The notes under the pieces: generated by a model
Told to the model about the DNA's origin: nothing
Seen by the model: the letters and a program-made list of their open reading frames with translations, nothing else
Databases searched by the model: none
Shown here: one piece after another, positions 39,201 through 50,100 of the stretch
How positions within the stretch are numbered: the stretch's first letter is position 1
How the letters are laid out: the number at the start of each line of letters is the position of its first letter
NCBI GenBank assembly: GCA_002633005.1
Contig: NMRA01000025.1
Coordinates: 604,340-668,339 of the forward strand
Direction of reading: 5' to 3'
Length of the DNA stretch: 64,000 nucleotides
DNA from: Phoronis australis
Taxonomy: Eukaryota; Animalia; Phoronida
Program-made: the position numbers and the translations under genes

Positions 39201-39573
39201 TCCTGTACCGCCCAGTCGGCCATCCTGTGCTGAACCTTCAACAGACCACAGCTCTAGTGGTCCACAACCACCACCTATACCAAACTACAGACCTCCACTA
39301 AGTGAAGCTTCCGCTGATGAATTCAGTAGGGGCCACCCTCCCCCAGTGCCATCACAACGCCCCTCAACTGATGATGCCCCGTCACCTGAATTCAGAAGTG
39401 GTCCTCCACCCCCACTGCCAGCTTCAAGACCAGCACAGTTGCCTACTTCAGTTGGCGAATCCACCTCAGAATGCCAGTCATCAAGAAATGATTCGGAGAG
39501 CTCAGACGATCATGCAGACTCTCACCCTCTCGTACCCCCAAAGCCAAGCTTAGACAGTGAAAGCAAATGTTGA
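6117..39573 (+). CDS. SYNJ1: Synaptojanin (Sac1 + inositol polyphosphate 5-phosphatase + RRM-like + Pro-rich tail), 5'-partial, 22 exons
   Basis: Exons 6117-6203, 8182-8449, 8722-8947, 9331-9414, 13121-13279, 15474-15640, 16056-16137, 16901-17056, 17887-18043, 18756-18944, 20054-20156, 21389-21529, 22565-22757, 25231-25389, 26401-26630, 27411-27614, 28596-28849, 30824-30928, 31114-31469, 32692-32901, 37335-37446, 38525-39573. All are GT-AG and phase-compatible (4691 nt). Sac1 CX5RT motif (CVDCLDRT) and 5-phosphatase motifs WCGDFNYRI and PAWTDRILW are present. SYNJ1 vs SYNJ2 orthology cannot be resolved for a single invertebrate gene. Confidence 0.96.
8182..8449 (+). CDS. SYNJ1: synaptojanin exon, Sac1 ([15 protein letters not shown]...DNRFFW)
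   Basis: ag/gtaag; conserved Sac1 N-terminal sequence. Confidence 0.95.
8722..8947 (+). CDS. SYNJ1: synaptojanin exon, Sac1 ([15 protein letters not shown]...NFCETEQ)
   Basis: Sac1 signature motifs; ag/gt. Confidence 0.96.
8961..9234. repeat. minisatellite, ~43-bp unit x ~6
   Basis: acataacatcctgatgggtagtgagaaactgactatgatatgt. Confidence 0.92.
9331..9414 (+). CDS. SYNJ1: synaptojanin exon ([19 protein letters not shown])
   Basis: Sac1 RGSVPLFW motif; ccag/gtaag. Confidence 0.95.
10282..10460. repeat. tandem repeat, 67-bp unit x ~2.6
   Basis: catgtaattaaaactcttactgatcacaagaagattggtaagt... Confidence 0.9.
11021..11205 (+). mobile_element. tRNA-derived SINE, same family
   Basis: A box tggcctagtgg (11030-11040), degenerate B box gggttggagtccc. 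Confidence 0.7.
12133..12246. repeat. tandem duplication, ~55 bp x 2
   Basis: agtcttttga..ggcaggtttaggttaa..gtggtgaacaact. Confidence 0.8.
13121..13279 (+). CDS. SYNJ1: synaptojanin exon ([11 protein letters not shown]...VNLLG...AFK)
   Basis: Sac1 VNLL motif; gcag/gtaaa. Confidence 0.95.
13745..15453 (+). mobile_element. same Helentron-like family, copy 2 (spans an assembly gap)
   Basis: 5' end near-identical to copy 1; 3' subterminal inverted repeat gtgggcgcat followed by gctcttgtt. Confidence 0.8.
15474..15640 (+). CDS. SYNJ1: synaptojanin exon (FDYHSECR)
   Basis: Sac1 FDYH motif; gcag/gtaag. Confidence 0.93.
16056..16137 (+). CDS. SYNJ1: synaptojanin exon, Sac1 catalytic [12 protein letters not shown]
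   Basis: CX5R(T) catalytic motif intact. Confidence 0.96.
16901..17056 (+). CDS. SYNJ1: synaptojanin exon ([18 protein letters not shown])
   Basis: conserved Sac1 C-terminal motif. Confidence 0.95.
17887..18043 (+). CDS. SYNJ1: synaptojanin exon ([22 protein letters not shown])
   Basis: conserved motif; tttag/gtgag. Confidence 0.95.
18756..18944 (+). CDS. SYNJ1: synaptojanin exon, start of 5-phosphatase (GTWNVNGG)
   Basis: TWNVN motif. Confidence 0.95.
19564..19878. mobile_element. Tc1/mariner-type MITE (TA TSD)
   Basis: 20-bp perfect TIR cggtaaaatctcaccaattt; TA on both sides; degenerate relatives near 7000-7140, 16315-16560, 35735-35955, 42190-42440. Confidence 0.8.
20054..20156 (+). 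CDS. SYNJ1: synaptojanin exon ([13 protein letters not shown])
   Basis: 5-phosphatase GFEE motif. Confidence 0.94.
21389..21529 (+). CDS. SYNJ1: synaptojanin exon ([13 protein letters not shown])
   Basis: conserved; acag/gtaag. Confidence 0.94.
21730..21845. repeat. degenerate (CAA/CAG/CAC)n microsatellite
   Basis: trinucleotide-rich tract in an intron. Confidence 0.7.
22565..22757 (+). CDS. SYNJ1: synaptojanin exon ([10 protein letters not shown]...CAHFTAHQ)
   Basis: 5-phosphatase GNKG motif. Confidence 0.95.
22981..23368. repeat. minisatellite, 33-bp unit x ~11
   Basis: cactagtattataactataaagcatcacagact. Confidence 0.93.
25231..25389 (+). CDS. SYNJ1: synaptojanin exon (WCGDFNYRI)
   Basis: 5-phosphatase signature 1. 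Confidence 0.96.
25603..26156 (-). mobile_element. probable solo LTR (Gypsy-like)
   Basis: TG..CA ends, clustered tctagaa motifs, TATAAA and AATAAA in LTR order on the minus strand; no clear TSD. Confidence 0.5.
26401..26630 (+). CDS. SYNJ1: synaptojanin exon (PTYKYD...PAWTDRILW...SDHR)
   Basis: 5-phosphatase signature 2. Confidence 0.96.
27411..27614 (+). CDS. SYNJ1: synaptojanin exon, RRM-like region (GPPDGTV)
   Basis: conserved QGPPDGTV. Confidence 0.94.
28596..28849 (+). CDS. SYNJ1: synaptojanin exon, RRM-like region
   Basis: [10 protein letters not shown]; phase-compatible. Confidence 0.92.
28900..30597. mobile_element. MITE of the same family, split by a nested insertion
   Basis: cagtaaggtctcgcc ... 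tttcacttgtcggaTA[insert]TAatgcgttctaaattggtgagatttt. Confidence 0.65.
29110..30566. mobile_element. 1.46-kb pogo/mariner-like non-autonomous element (TA TSD)
   Basis: TIR ccgtattcgccataataacc / ggttattacggtgaatatgg; subterminal ataagcgccc repeats. Confidence 0.8.
30824..30928 (+). CDS. SYNJ1: synaptojanin linker exon ([15 protein letters not shown]...)
   Basis: tttcag/gtaag, phase 1-1, open frame. Confidence 0.85.
31114..31469 (+). CDS. SYNJ1: synaptojanin Pro-rich exon ([11 protein letters not shown]...RKSPTP repeats)
   Basis: ttttcttttaaag acceptor gives the needed phase 1; gtaag donor. Confidence 0.85.
31850..32242 (+). mobile_element. 5'-truncated L1/Tx1-type LINE 3' end
   Basis: ORF 31852-32055 ([24 protein letters not shown]) resembles the L1/Tx1 ORF2 C-terminus; followed by a UTR and short poly(A). 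Confidence 0.6.
32692..32901 (+). CDS. SYNJ1: synaptojanin Pro-rich exon (NAGNAG acceptor)
   Basis: ccagcag acceptor; [10 protein letters not shown]; donor after 32901 (alternative donor after 32881). Confidence 0.85.
33602..34071. repeat. minisatellite, 53-bp unit x >=9, runs into a gap
   Basis: ttatttggtaattaaaagatacaaaactacaagtgtttacacattgtttactg. Confidence 0.95.
34855..35122 (+). mobile_element. same family, copy 3 (3' end only, rest in gap)
   Basis: highly similar to 15168-15453. Confidence 0.8.
36801..37233. repeat. foldback (long imperfect inverted repeat)
   Basis: perfect 14-bp ends atcatttctaaaat/attttagaaatgat, further paired blocks inside, centre atgaat-g-attcat at 37021-37033. 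Confidence 0.75.
37335..37446 (+). CDS. SYNJ1: putative synaptojanin exon ([37 protein letters not shown])
   Basis: Long U-rich tract + ttag acceptor, ag|gtat donor; phase 0 in and phase 1 out bridges 32901 to 38525 exactly. Confidence 0.72.
38525..39573 (+). CDS. SYNJ1: synaptojanin terminal Pro-rich exon
   Basis: ttttatttccag-type acceptor, 349-codon open frame ending TGA. Confidence 0.88.
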
Positions 39574-40292
39574 AGTTGGTGTCCAATTGTGGCGTCCATG
39601 TGGATTTTAACTCATGACTGATGTGATGTACTTGAGTGTGTGCAATAGAACTGTGTAGTTAATGTGCAGATGTACTGCAAAACTAAAATACCGACTGATA
39701 TTTGATCTGGGTAAGACGAAATTCAACCTATGTCAATGTGTACATGAACTTATTTAGAACAATTACCGTAACAAGAAACTGCCCAAGTCAGGGCAGAAAT
39801 CTTTTCAGATGTAACATTAGGTCATGTGATGCGACTGACATATGCCGTGTATGAAGTCTAATAATTTTTACCTGAACTTTCTCAGTGTTCAGGCATAATC
39901 AGACTTATGTGATTGTTACTGTTGTTAACAGATGACTATCATTTATTTTTAGAACCATGTGAGTGCATTATTGTGTTAGTTGTAAGTCGCTCACAAACAC
40001 ATTCAAATCTCTTCTGAAGACTCCAAGTTTTATTACTTTTTGCTCTTCACTTAGTATATACAGGGGGAGATAATTACTGATTGGTCTGCCCGTGATATAT
40101 CCTATATAAGTTACATCTGTCTATCCCTGTACTGGGCCCGAAGTCTGATTTCCGAACTTGAACACTGTTCTGTTTGTTTCTGTATAAACTTATGTAGGAC
40201 CTTATCAACAAGTCTGTATTTATCTAAATGTTCCGAAAATTATAGATTTTAACTCAATTAAAAGTATAATTATTATATTTTCTGGCAGAAAG

Positions 40293-40298
40293 AATAAA
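40293..40298 (+). terminator. candidate synaptojanin polyadenylation signal AATAAA
   Basis: AATAAA about 720 nt after the stop, followed by U-rich sequence; not verified. Confidence 0.4.
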
Positions 40299-40503
40299 GC
40301 CTGTAGAATTTGATTTTTGTCATTATAATACCAGCCTGCCACTGTCAGTCAACTGACCAGGTCAAGTGACCATTAGTAAAAATGTATTGTTAGCAAAACA
40401 CCCCTCATGCGAAAATGGAACATTTTGAAAACAATTACGAAATGTTTTCAATTGTTGAATGCTGCATACAATAATTTCTTTAAGTTTCACACAAATCCAG
40501 TCA

Positions 40504-41310
40504 GGGCTGTTCCAGTAAAATCCGTGTGGGAGGGGGGGGGGGACGGCAGTAGAAATAAAAATTCATGGGTGGTGGTCTTCATAAAAAACTCAAATTATGG
40601 GTGGTCGTTCCTGTAAGAAGTGATGCATTAAAAATGGGTGGTGTTTTTTGACCTGTTAATGTGGATAGGTTGGTTACTTCACTCAAAAATAAATGCAAAT
40701 GTCCTAACTTATTCAAATACAAAAAGCCCATATTGCCAGTGAACAGAGTGCAATATGTTCACTAAGCCATTAATCAAGTCATGGGCAACTCGATTTGAGC
40801 CAACCCTTTGTCTGCAGTCCTATTGAATTGAAAAGTTATGCAACACTGAACTGGTGTTAACACATATAAGAAAATTGATGATTTTTAAATAAAAAGTATG
40901 AGGAGTAAGATAAACAAGTTCCAATATTCACTTGACATAGAAGTATAGAAGAGTTCGTGGAGACAGTTTGAGATTCATAGATCCTTATAAATGAAAAAAT
41001 GTTCATTCAAATTATAGACACATGGTGAACAGAGACACCTGGTGGCTGCCAAAAGTATTGCTCACAGGCTACTTTAGTTTTTGACAATATTGGACAAGAC
41101 AACTAGTTCTTGTCTGTCAGTCATCTAAGTTCTTAACAGGTCCTCCTGGAGGCAATTTGTTTGCAAGTGTTGGATTTTATATTTTAACCTATTAAAAATA
41201 ATTAAAAAATTATGGGTCATGGGTTAGAGAAATAAATGAAAAATACGGGCGGTGGGTATGAAATAAAAGTGCCTTCCCCCCCTCCCATACAGATTTTGCT
41301 GGAACAGCCC
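40504..41310. mobile_element. PIF/Harbinger-like MITE (TCA TSD)
   Basis: ~33-bp TIR gggctgttccagtaaaatc..gggaggggg; TCA on both sides. Confidence 0.8.
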
Positions 41311-43140
41311 TCAGACGTTTCCAAAATGTGATGTTCTGAAGTTATCCAAATTTGGACATTTTCTAGGGTCCTTCATAACCGTAACATAGTGTTATTATTC
41401 TGTGCTCAATTACATTGCGGTTATGTTGACGCATATCCAGCCCTAGTTCTCACTTGAAGACTACAGCATTGGTCTTAATTTGAGTTTGGACTAAAGTTTG
41501 AAGCTCAAAAACAGAGGCCAGTTATTGCGAACTTGCTAGTGGGGCTGAAAACTCATCTGCACAAACTATCTTATATTCCAGCACAGTCATAGACCCATTC
41601 GTAACCAGAGTTCCAGTTTATAAGTTGAACAGAAAGTGTCTATTCTGACTACAATAGTTTTGATTTCTTGTTTATGTAGCTTAATAATATTGACATACTC
41701 AATATTGTATTGGTGGTATTTGTGTTAGGTGATCACAAATAGTCAATTTTGATTAGTCACTACTTGATCAAGGTTACATTTGGTTCTATTCAACATGCAG
41801 TATGGCACAATGTTGAATTTTACTTATCCACAAATGACAACAAAGTGAGTTAGTTTAGAAGATATGAATTGATAGGGTATATTGAGAAACCATACAGACA
41901 GATTAAGTTGACCTGCAATTCGTCATATATTGTGGGTCAAAATTTGACATAAAGTGAGTGCTGTATGCATGTAGAATTTATTCGAACTACACATATTTGA
42001 TTGTTAACATGTGCTATCCAACTTTTGTCCAGGTCAATCCCAAGGGCATTTAAATTGGGGAACAAAAAATGGAGGTGTACATCGAGGTGAACATGGGCGT
42101 TTAAAAATGCTTTTGAGAATTCTGGGGTGAGCATTTACCCGAAAGGTAGATTTGGATTTATCGCCACTTATTTCAGGCTCATAGAGGAAGTGTACTGCTG
42201 AAACTCCCAACTTCACATTATGGTTAAATGTGTCCAATCTGGGACAAAAATAAATGCCAAAATTAGCCTTTTGTCCATTGCTGTGAATACCCAAAATTTT
42301 TCAAAATGTTTTCTTATGGAAGTTATAATGGTACATCACTTGAAATTGTTAAACCATTAATTTGATAGTATGAAAAGAGCGAAAACAAAATTTCACTTGT
42401 CTGCCAAATTGTGTCCTACATTAGTAAGATTTTACTGTACTCAAAGGTTGGAGCTGAAATTGACATCGGACAGTTAAGACAGGGATGTTTTCAAGAAAGT
42501 CCACCACACAAACTGAGGGTGGGTGTTAAGCCAAGTATGGTCATTTAAAATTGAGACTTAGTAATTCCAGGGGTGGGTGTTGACTAATATGGTTGTGTTA
42601 TTTCAGTACGTAATCCTTGTTGTTGTTCTTGCAGGGTGTGGCAACATAGTGGCTAAGTGACCAGACTTTTATTTCTCTACTTTCTAGAACAACGTGTGGT
42701 TTGTTAAACAGTGTATTGCATATATACATATGAATAGAAAAAGAGATGGCGTTTGTAATGAACAATGAAAGTGATTGCTCAGATGATGAGAGAGTACATT
42801 TCAAGAAATGAAGCCCTGCTGAATATGTAACGTATACATAGGGATGATTTATTTTGAAAAACTATGTTTATATAGTGGCTAGTCTGCTGATGTTGTTACA
42901 GGAATATTTATTGGAAATGTGTTTACAATAGTAATGAATAAGTTCAAGAATCATGCCATCTGGTGTTTAACATTTCAGTTATTCAAAACAACACACATTC
43001 CATACAGATCGCTAAAATTTGGATAAAACTCTAATCGTGCAACACTTGATGAAATGCAAAAAAAAAATCAGAATATTTTCCCCAATTTGTATCCAATGTA
43101 CCTTTACGTTACCTAACTCCCGAGACCAGCACCACAGCCA

Positions 43141-44145
43141 TCAACTTTTAGAAATTCCATAGCCAGTAATTTCGTGAATATTTGAACCTGGAAAATGAAC
43201 ATTGGCAGCCAAATTGTTCAACTTATCCGTCTTCTCGTTGGCACGCTTTGGTAATTTAGTGTCCACTTTGAATTTTTGCGCGTCCTTCACTTCTGGTTTG
43301 GTAAATGCCTTTTTTTGTCCACACTGATCACTTGTCAATTTCTTTCTCTTGGATTTGCTTCTCTTTCTACCAACTGGGTTGTCTTCCTGATCCATCACAG
43401 TGTCCGCCTCATCTTCACCACACTCTTTACTCTTCTTGTCAGCAGCCTTCTTGTCATCACATTCACATTTCCCAGAATCCTCAAGTTCCGAGTCAACCTG
43501 GCTCCTCTTCTTTTTGCCATTCTTATTCCTTTTTTGACTCATCGTCTTTTCAATATTGTCAGAAGCTACAACGACATTTTCGTCAATTGTCTTTTGCTTC
43601 TTACAAGCAGACAGACCACTTTCTTCTTCATCCAATTTCTTGTCCATTTTCTTTTTCCTCTTTCTCTTCTTCTCACCTTTGTCCTCAACTACTGTCATTG
43701 CCTCTGGTCCTGTGTCGCCATTTCCTTCAGTCATCTTCTGCTTTTTGAGAGCAGACGGATCTTTATCTACTGCATCCAAAACACCCTTTCTCTTCCGGGA
43801 CTTCTTTCTTATTGTTTCCTCACCACTCAAGTGCTCTTCTCCAATAACACTCCTTTCACTAGGCAGTGTACTGCATCCTGGCAAGGCACTTTCCTTTGTC
43901 TTACTTTTCTTCTTTCTCTTGGATTTACCCTTGACAACCTCACCATCTAATTCATGCACTACTCTACTAAAACCATCGCACACATCACTCCCAACAGGGA
44001 CTATTCCATCATTCTCACATTTGTCAACAATGGGGTTCTCCTCAACTTCACCATTTTCTTCAACTTTGACATTTTTCTTTTTCTTGGTACCTGTGGTATC
44101 TTCAGAAGTACTCTTGTCATCCTGACCAGAACTAGAGCCACTTTC
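43141..44145 (-). CDS. PINX1: PINX1 exon 6, Lys/Glu-rich tail
   Basis: 335-codon open frame, KKKRK blocks, ends FPGSNIHEITGYGISKS*. Confidence 0.9.
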   Translation of the reverse strand, partial: ESGSSSGQDDKSTSEDTTGTKKKKNVKVEENGEVEENPIVDKCENDGIVPVGSDVCDGFSRVVHELDGEVVKGKSKRKKKSKTKESALPGCSTLPSERSVIGEEHLSGEETIRKKSRKRKGVLDAVDKDPSALKKQKMTEGNGDTGPEAMTVVEDKGEKKRKRKKKMDKKLDEEESGLSACKKQKTIDENVVVASDNIEKTMSQKRNKNGKKKRSQVDSELEDSGKCECDDKKAADKKSKECGEDEADTVMDQEDNPVGRKRSKSKRKKLTSDQCGQKKAFTKPEVKDAQKFKVDTKLPKRANEKTDKLNNLAANVHFPGSNIHEITGYGISKS

Positions 44146-47100
44146 CTTAAAAAAGATAACTTTTATTGTCCAAGTTTGGTTTTCAATATCAAATCTATAA
44201 GGCAATCCTCAAAATATGTTCATTTCTTACTTTTAATTATCAGGGCAAACTCATTTTTGATTCCAAAAAACATAACAAACTGCAAAATAAAGTGTTTTAA
44301 TTGAGCTCATATTTCATGGTCACCCCAGTAAAGGGAAATATAAACAAGCTCAATTTATGCTTTATCACACAACGGTTTATAAACATCTTTCTTCCACTTG
44401 ATTCAAGTTTACTGCTAGAAAACCACACAAAAAAGTCACTTAATACTTACTTTCACTCTAGCAGCCTTAAGTTGCGCCATCTTTAGGGCAAAGTACTCCT
44501 GGATACTGCTGGAGCTTGTAGTGGTCATGATGCCATGCAGATGGGAATTGTCATCATTATCTGAGTACGCTTCGTTATCAGAGTTGGCCTACAATATACA
44601 GTTTTATTTTCACGCTTATTATACTTTAAGGTTACGTAAGACCTTAATGACAAGTCTGCGCATTCAGTCGAATATCTACAAAACTGTAAAGTTTAATCCA
44701 GTAAGAGTACATTTATTCTAAAAGTAGAATTTGATTGTTGACTTTAAACCATACTACCATTGATCATACCTTTTTAATATTTGGCAAAAAAGAGAAGTAC
44801 GTTCATATCAAAAGATGACTGATATGGCCCAATTTGGTTTAATATAAAGGCTGTTACAATTTTCTGAATTAACATTTTATTTTCATTTTATGCAGCTTTT
44901 GATTTTTTTCCTAAAACTCATAAAAGCCTTCGTTGCTTTTTGCATCAGTGAGACTAATTATTTTTCTGAAATAGTTGTGAGTAGCATAAGAAAAAATGTC
45001 TATCTCAAAGTCACTTTTCATGAAACAGGCCCCATGTTGAACTCCAAGCCAAAGACATGTTGAAGGAACAAAAGTCATCAACATCTATTTACTTAATTTG
45101 TAGTCCCATTTTGCTGAGGCTGTCAGAAAGTTTACAGGAGAAAGTTTGCAGATCTCTCGGCCACTCAGGACAGTTTACAGAACAGAAAAGTGACAGGACA
45201 AAGCTTAGTCAGACTGACAGATATTTCTTTAAATTGCTCACTGACACACTTCCAGTTTGCAAAATTGACATTTGTTAAACTTTGTACTGATGGAAATTAG
45301 GGTAAAATAGCTCAACAGCCTTCATAGTAAGTAAAATATCACAAATTAACCACAAACATCTTCAATACACGTAACTTTCCCCTTTAATACCAAATGAAAG
45401 CTGACCTCTGATTGAACCTGTGGAGTGATAGGCTCTGATGCGCTCTTACGCTTGCCAAATATAGAGTTGAGCTCTTCCTCTTTTCTCATGGACAAGTCTT
45501 TGCCTCGTGCAAATTTGTGATAGCTGAAAAAGAATCAATTATAATGTTGTAATTGATAATACCCAATAACTTACAAGCGCGCATTGTTCTCCTGACTGAG
45601 CCATGCAGTGAAAGGCTCTGAGCAATGTTAATTATCTTGATCTAAATACCAAATTTTTTCTGCCGCTTTACAGTTTAACGTACAAATGATTGAAATAGTA
45701 CTACGGCATAGAAAAACTTTCTTTTTCACATTTTGCTGTAAAATGTTGGTGGCATCCTTAATATGTGAACACTATGAGCAACTGAAACTTTTTCTATGAA
45801 TAAACAGATCAAAACGCAAAAATGTGTCATACTGTTGAACAATGTAAGGGTTTTTGCCCAGGGCCGCCCCCGGGACACACTGCAAAATGTGTCATACTGT
45901 TGAACAATGTCAGGGTTTTTGCCCAGGGCCACCCCCAGGACACACTGCAAAATGTGTCATACTGTTGAACAATGTCAGGGTTTTTGCCCAGGGCAACCCC
46001 CGGAGACACACTGCAAAATGTGTCATACTGTTGAACAATGTCAGGGTTTTTGCCCAGGGCCACCCACCGGGACAAACTGCAAAATGTGTCATACTGTTGA
46101 ACAATGTCAGGGTTTTTGCCCAGGGCCACCCCCCGGGACACTGCAATTAAGCAGTAAGCTCACAATTTATCCCACAATCTTTGACACAATTCCAAGTCAG
46201 AATATAGCAATACAACTTGTACTTTACTGCTAAAACTCTACCACTGACAGATTTCACCTGAAATCCCATAACATTAACTGCTTATAGTATTTTTGCTTTG
46301 ATAGTACATCCATTGCATAAAACTTAAATCTTGTTTGATGATCCATGTGTTTGACTGTTGCATGACAGTCTTATGATCCATGTTTGACTGTTGCATAACA
46401 ACAAAAACAAAATCAAACAATAGAGAGGGTGTACAACTATCATATGAATGAGGTGAAGGGCTGAGACCACCAAACTTGTACCTGAAGACTAATCATTGAA
46501 TATTGACTATTATCATTGCACGAAAATACAGATTTACTCAACCTATGACAAACAATTAGTCAACTTTCGATTCAAAGTCTCAAGACAAAAAGTTTAGTGA
46601 TCTTATATTAAAACATAAGTAGCCTACTCACTGCACCCTCGCCCTCGAGTTTTTCGACTTCGCCTCCAGACTGTGCACTTTTTGTGTTGCCACGCCATCC
46701 CCATCCAGGCTGGGGGTCTTACTTCCGTGATCCTGATTAAGGTTGGCCAGCAGAGAGTTGAAGTCATCCTGATGAGCGATCCAGTTGTCAGCATGCTTAA
46801 TAGTGCAGCCAACCCCTGCAGAAGGAAGTGGTGATGAGATTATCAACTGACGATTTTGCCTTGAAATTTCTCTGTTTACCAAGTTCATTATGTGGCTTCT
46901 CATATAACTTAAAGAGGAAGATACAGACAAATATATGATATTAGAATAATTATTAAAATTATTATGATTATTATCATCATCATCATGCAATATATGCTTC
47001 CACATTCACTAATATGATTTCTGGGTAAATGAATGCATTAAAAATTGTCGCCATGCAACAGTTATAAACCAGATGAGCAATTTGTTGGATAAAATCAATT

Positions 47101-50100
47101 ACATCTCATGAAGTGCAGAAACATTTCATTTGTTTGACACACAATATGGTGAAAAGGTGGAATCCTATTTGGTAAAGTCACAGAAACAAATTAAGTTAAG
47201 AGTACTCTTTTTCAGTGTTTGCACTGAACAGCCATCAGTACAAGACTTGGTACAGCCATCATAGTACAAGACTTGGTACAGCCATCATAGTACAAGACTT
47301 GGTACAGCCATCATAGATAGTACAACACTTGGTACAGCCATCATAGTACAAGACTTGGTACAGCCATCATAGTACAAGACTTGGTACAGCCATCATAGTA
47401 AAACACTTGGTACAGCCATCATAGTACAACACTTGGTACAGCCATCATAGTACAACACTTGGTACAGCCATCATAGTACAACACTTGGTACAGCCATCAT
47501 AGTACAACACTTGGTACAGCCATCATAGTACAACACTTGGTTAGTCTTGGATTACGTGTAGCAATTGGGTTAGAACATGTTATGTAATATCCATGTGCAA
47601 AATAACTAAGAATGTCTGTAATGCAAGCAACAGCTAATACCTCTATTATCCTGTTTGGCTCTGACCGCAATGTGAGCTACATGTCCATCTTCATTGGCCC
47701 CGAGCCCTTTACCCTGCTGCCAGCCCATCTTCTCCATCAATTTCTGACCAAACTTGGAGGAGTCTGTGGTAATGAAAAACATATGGATTAACATTGAGAT
47801 TTTTATAACAGAAGTATTCAGTACAGGAGGAGTATGAGGCTAGTTATACACAGTAACCTGGCTGGTTTGACTCACCACAGTGGCTGTGAGACTACTAGGC
47901 AACACGTCAAATGCCCAGTGTGTATAGCTGATGATTGGGGAATGGGAGATGCTAAACCAACTGACTTTTTAATTCACAAAAATAAAGTACATTACACAAT
48001 ATGTTACCTGTGAATCATAGGATATACATATACTGCTAAATCTGAAATTATCTCCCCTCTATTTTTGTCTTAAATACGCAAATTATGGGTCACCTGACCA
48101 AAAAGTAGTGTCTTTGGCATAGAGGAGTAGGACAGATTTTTGTGCAATGCTCCATTGTCTGCCAGTAAAACCACGATTCGAACCTGGGCTCACAAATGTG
48201 AGTCCAGAGAGGTCAGACCACTAGCCACAATCTCCCCATGAGGATTACAAACACTGACCCATAGCCTAGGACAGTGTTGATGGACTAACTATGAGCAGTA
48301 CATTGGTCAGTATAGCGCGGCACTAGTTAGACGTAGCGGTCCCACTTTAAACCACCATAACTTCTTCAATTTTTAACCTAGAATTATGATTTTAGTATCC
48401 ACGTGTTTACAAGGCATATAGAAATTGATCTATGCTGTTAATTTTGCCATACCTTCATTTAATTTTTAATTAAGTGACTTTGAAGTTCTTTTGCCGACTT
48501 TGTCACCAGTCAGTTACCCGTACAGTGACGTCATATGAATGCTCGACACCTACCAGCAATTGTGTGTATTCATTTACAGGGTAAGGAAACATTTCATCCT
48601 TTGCAGTGTTGACAAAATTTTTCCAGAGGTGGGTAAAGCTGTCTCGTTTTAAACTTTTGATACAAATTCCTTTAAATGAGTATCGAAGGGTCATTCCAGT
48701 TGTAAAGTAGTTCATACTGATCAGGGCTCGACGCTAATAAAATCGCCAGGTCGCATTTTGCGACCTAGCCAAAATCCCAGGTCGCATTTTCAAAATCCAG
48801 CTCGCATTCGTAAATGCCAGGTCGCAAAATTTTCCCGCCATTTTTACGCGCCAAAACAGATTTTTTAGATCATCGGGAAAATGTTTAGATTATGCTCTTA
48901 CCTGCAGCGTTAAATACTCACAAATTTCGGATTTCAAAATTGACTTCATTCATGCAGGTACGGCCTTACTGTTCTTCACGACCGCCATTGAAAGTCTCTA
49001 GAGCGCAAGGCAAGTTGCCGGCGTGAAAGTTGAATCAGTGCTCTCTAACTGACTCGTGCATTCGAGTAGCTAAATTTGCGATGTGAAAAGGGAGAAAATG
49101 CCCGTTGAAAAAGTATCCGGGATTTTGTTAGANNNNNNNNNNNNNNNNNNNNNNNNNNNNNNNNNNNNNNNNNNNNNNNNNNNNNNNNNNNNNNNNNNNN
49201 NNNNNNNNNNNNNNNNNNNNNNNNNNNNNNNNNNNNNNNNNNNNNNNNNNNNNNNNNNNNNNNNNNNNNNNNNNNNNNNNNNNNNNNNNNNNNNNNNNNN
49301 NNNNNNNNNNNNNNNNNNNNNNNNNNNNNNNNNNNNNNNNNNNNNNNNNNNNNNNNNNNNNNNNNNNNNNNNNNNNNNNNNNNNNNNNNNNNNNNNNNNN
49401 NNNNNNNNNNNNNNNNNNNNNNNNNNNNNNNNNNNNNNNNNNNNNNNNNNNNNNNNNNNNNNNNNNNNNNNNNNNNNNNNNNNNNNNNNNNNNNNNNNNN
49501 NNNNNNNNNNNNNNNNNNNNNNNNNNNNNNNNNNNNNNNNNNNNNNNNNNNNNNNNNNNNNNNNNNNNNNNNNNNNNNNNNNNNNNNNNNNNNNNNNNNN
49601 NNNNNNNNNNNNNNNNNNNNNNNNNNNNNNNNNNNNNNNNNNNNNNNNNNNNNNNNNNNNNNNNNNNNNNNNNNNNNNNNNNNNNNNNNNNNNNNNNNNN
49701 NNNNNNNNNNNNNNNNNNNNNNNNNNNNNNNNNNNNNNNNNNNNNNNNNNNNNNNNNNNNNNNNNNNNNNNNNNNNNNNNNNNNNNNNNNNNNNNNNNNN
49801 NNNNNNNNNNNNATAACGTTAGTTCTGGGTTATATCGGTCCCGGGACATTGGGTCTTTTATAACCGCTGGGAATCTGAGTTCATTTTCAAATAAACCAGA
49901 GCCAAGCCGGTATACTCTTTCATTTAGGACTGTCGCTGTTCTTTGAAGTGGTGCGCACGCGTGAGTTCATGCACTTGAATCGCTGGAGTAGGCCTACACT
50001 TTACGTTGGCAACAACGTGTGAAAGACAAATCATATTTCGCGCACGTAGCCCCAGAAACAAGTAAAGGGTTATTGAGAATTTCTTGGCAAATTGAAAGTA

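Noticed and set aside
39559-39573. C-terminal ESKC as a lipidation signal
   Set aside because: Does not fit CaaX, CC or CxC.
43276-44304. Plus-strand hydrophobic ORFs (224, 189, 147 aa)
   Set aside because: Antisense shadows of the Lys/Glu-rich PINX1 last exon.
47229-47541. CRISPR-like appearance of the 26-bp repeat (also the 33- and 36-bp arrays)
   Set aside because: Head-to-tail units with no unique spacers, no cas genes, located in eukaryotic introns.
14078-49946. Long ORFs at ~14.1-15.2 kb, ~34.0-35.0 kb and ~49.1-49.9 kb
   Set aside because: Artefacts of translating through N gaps.
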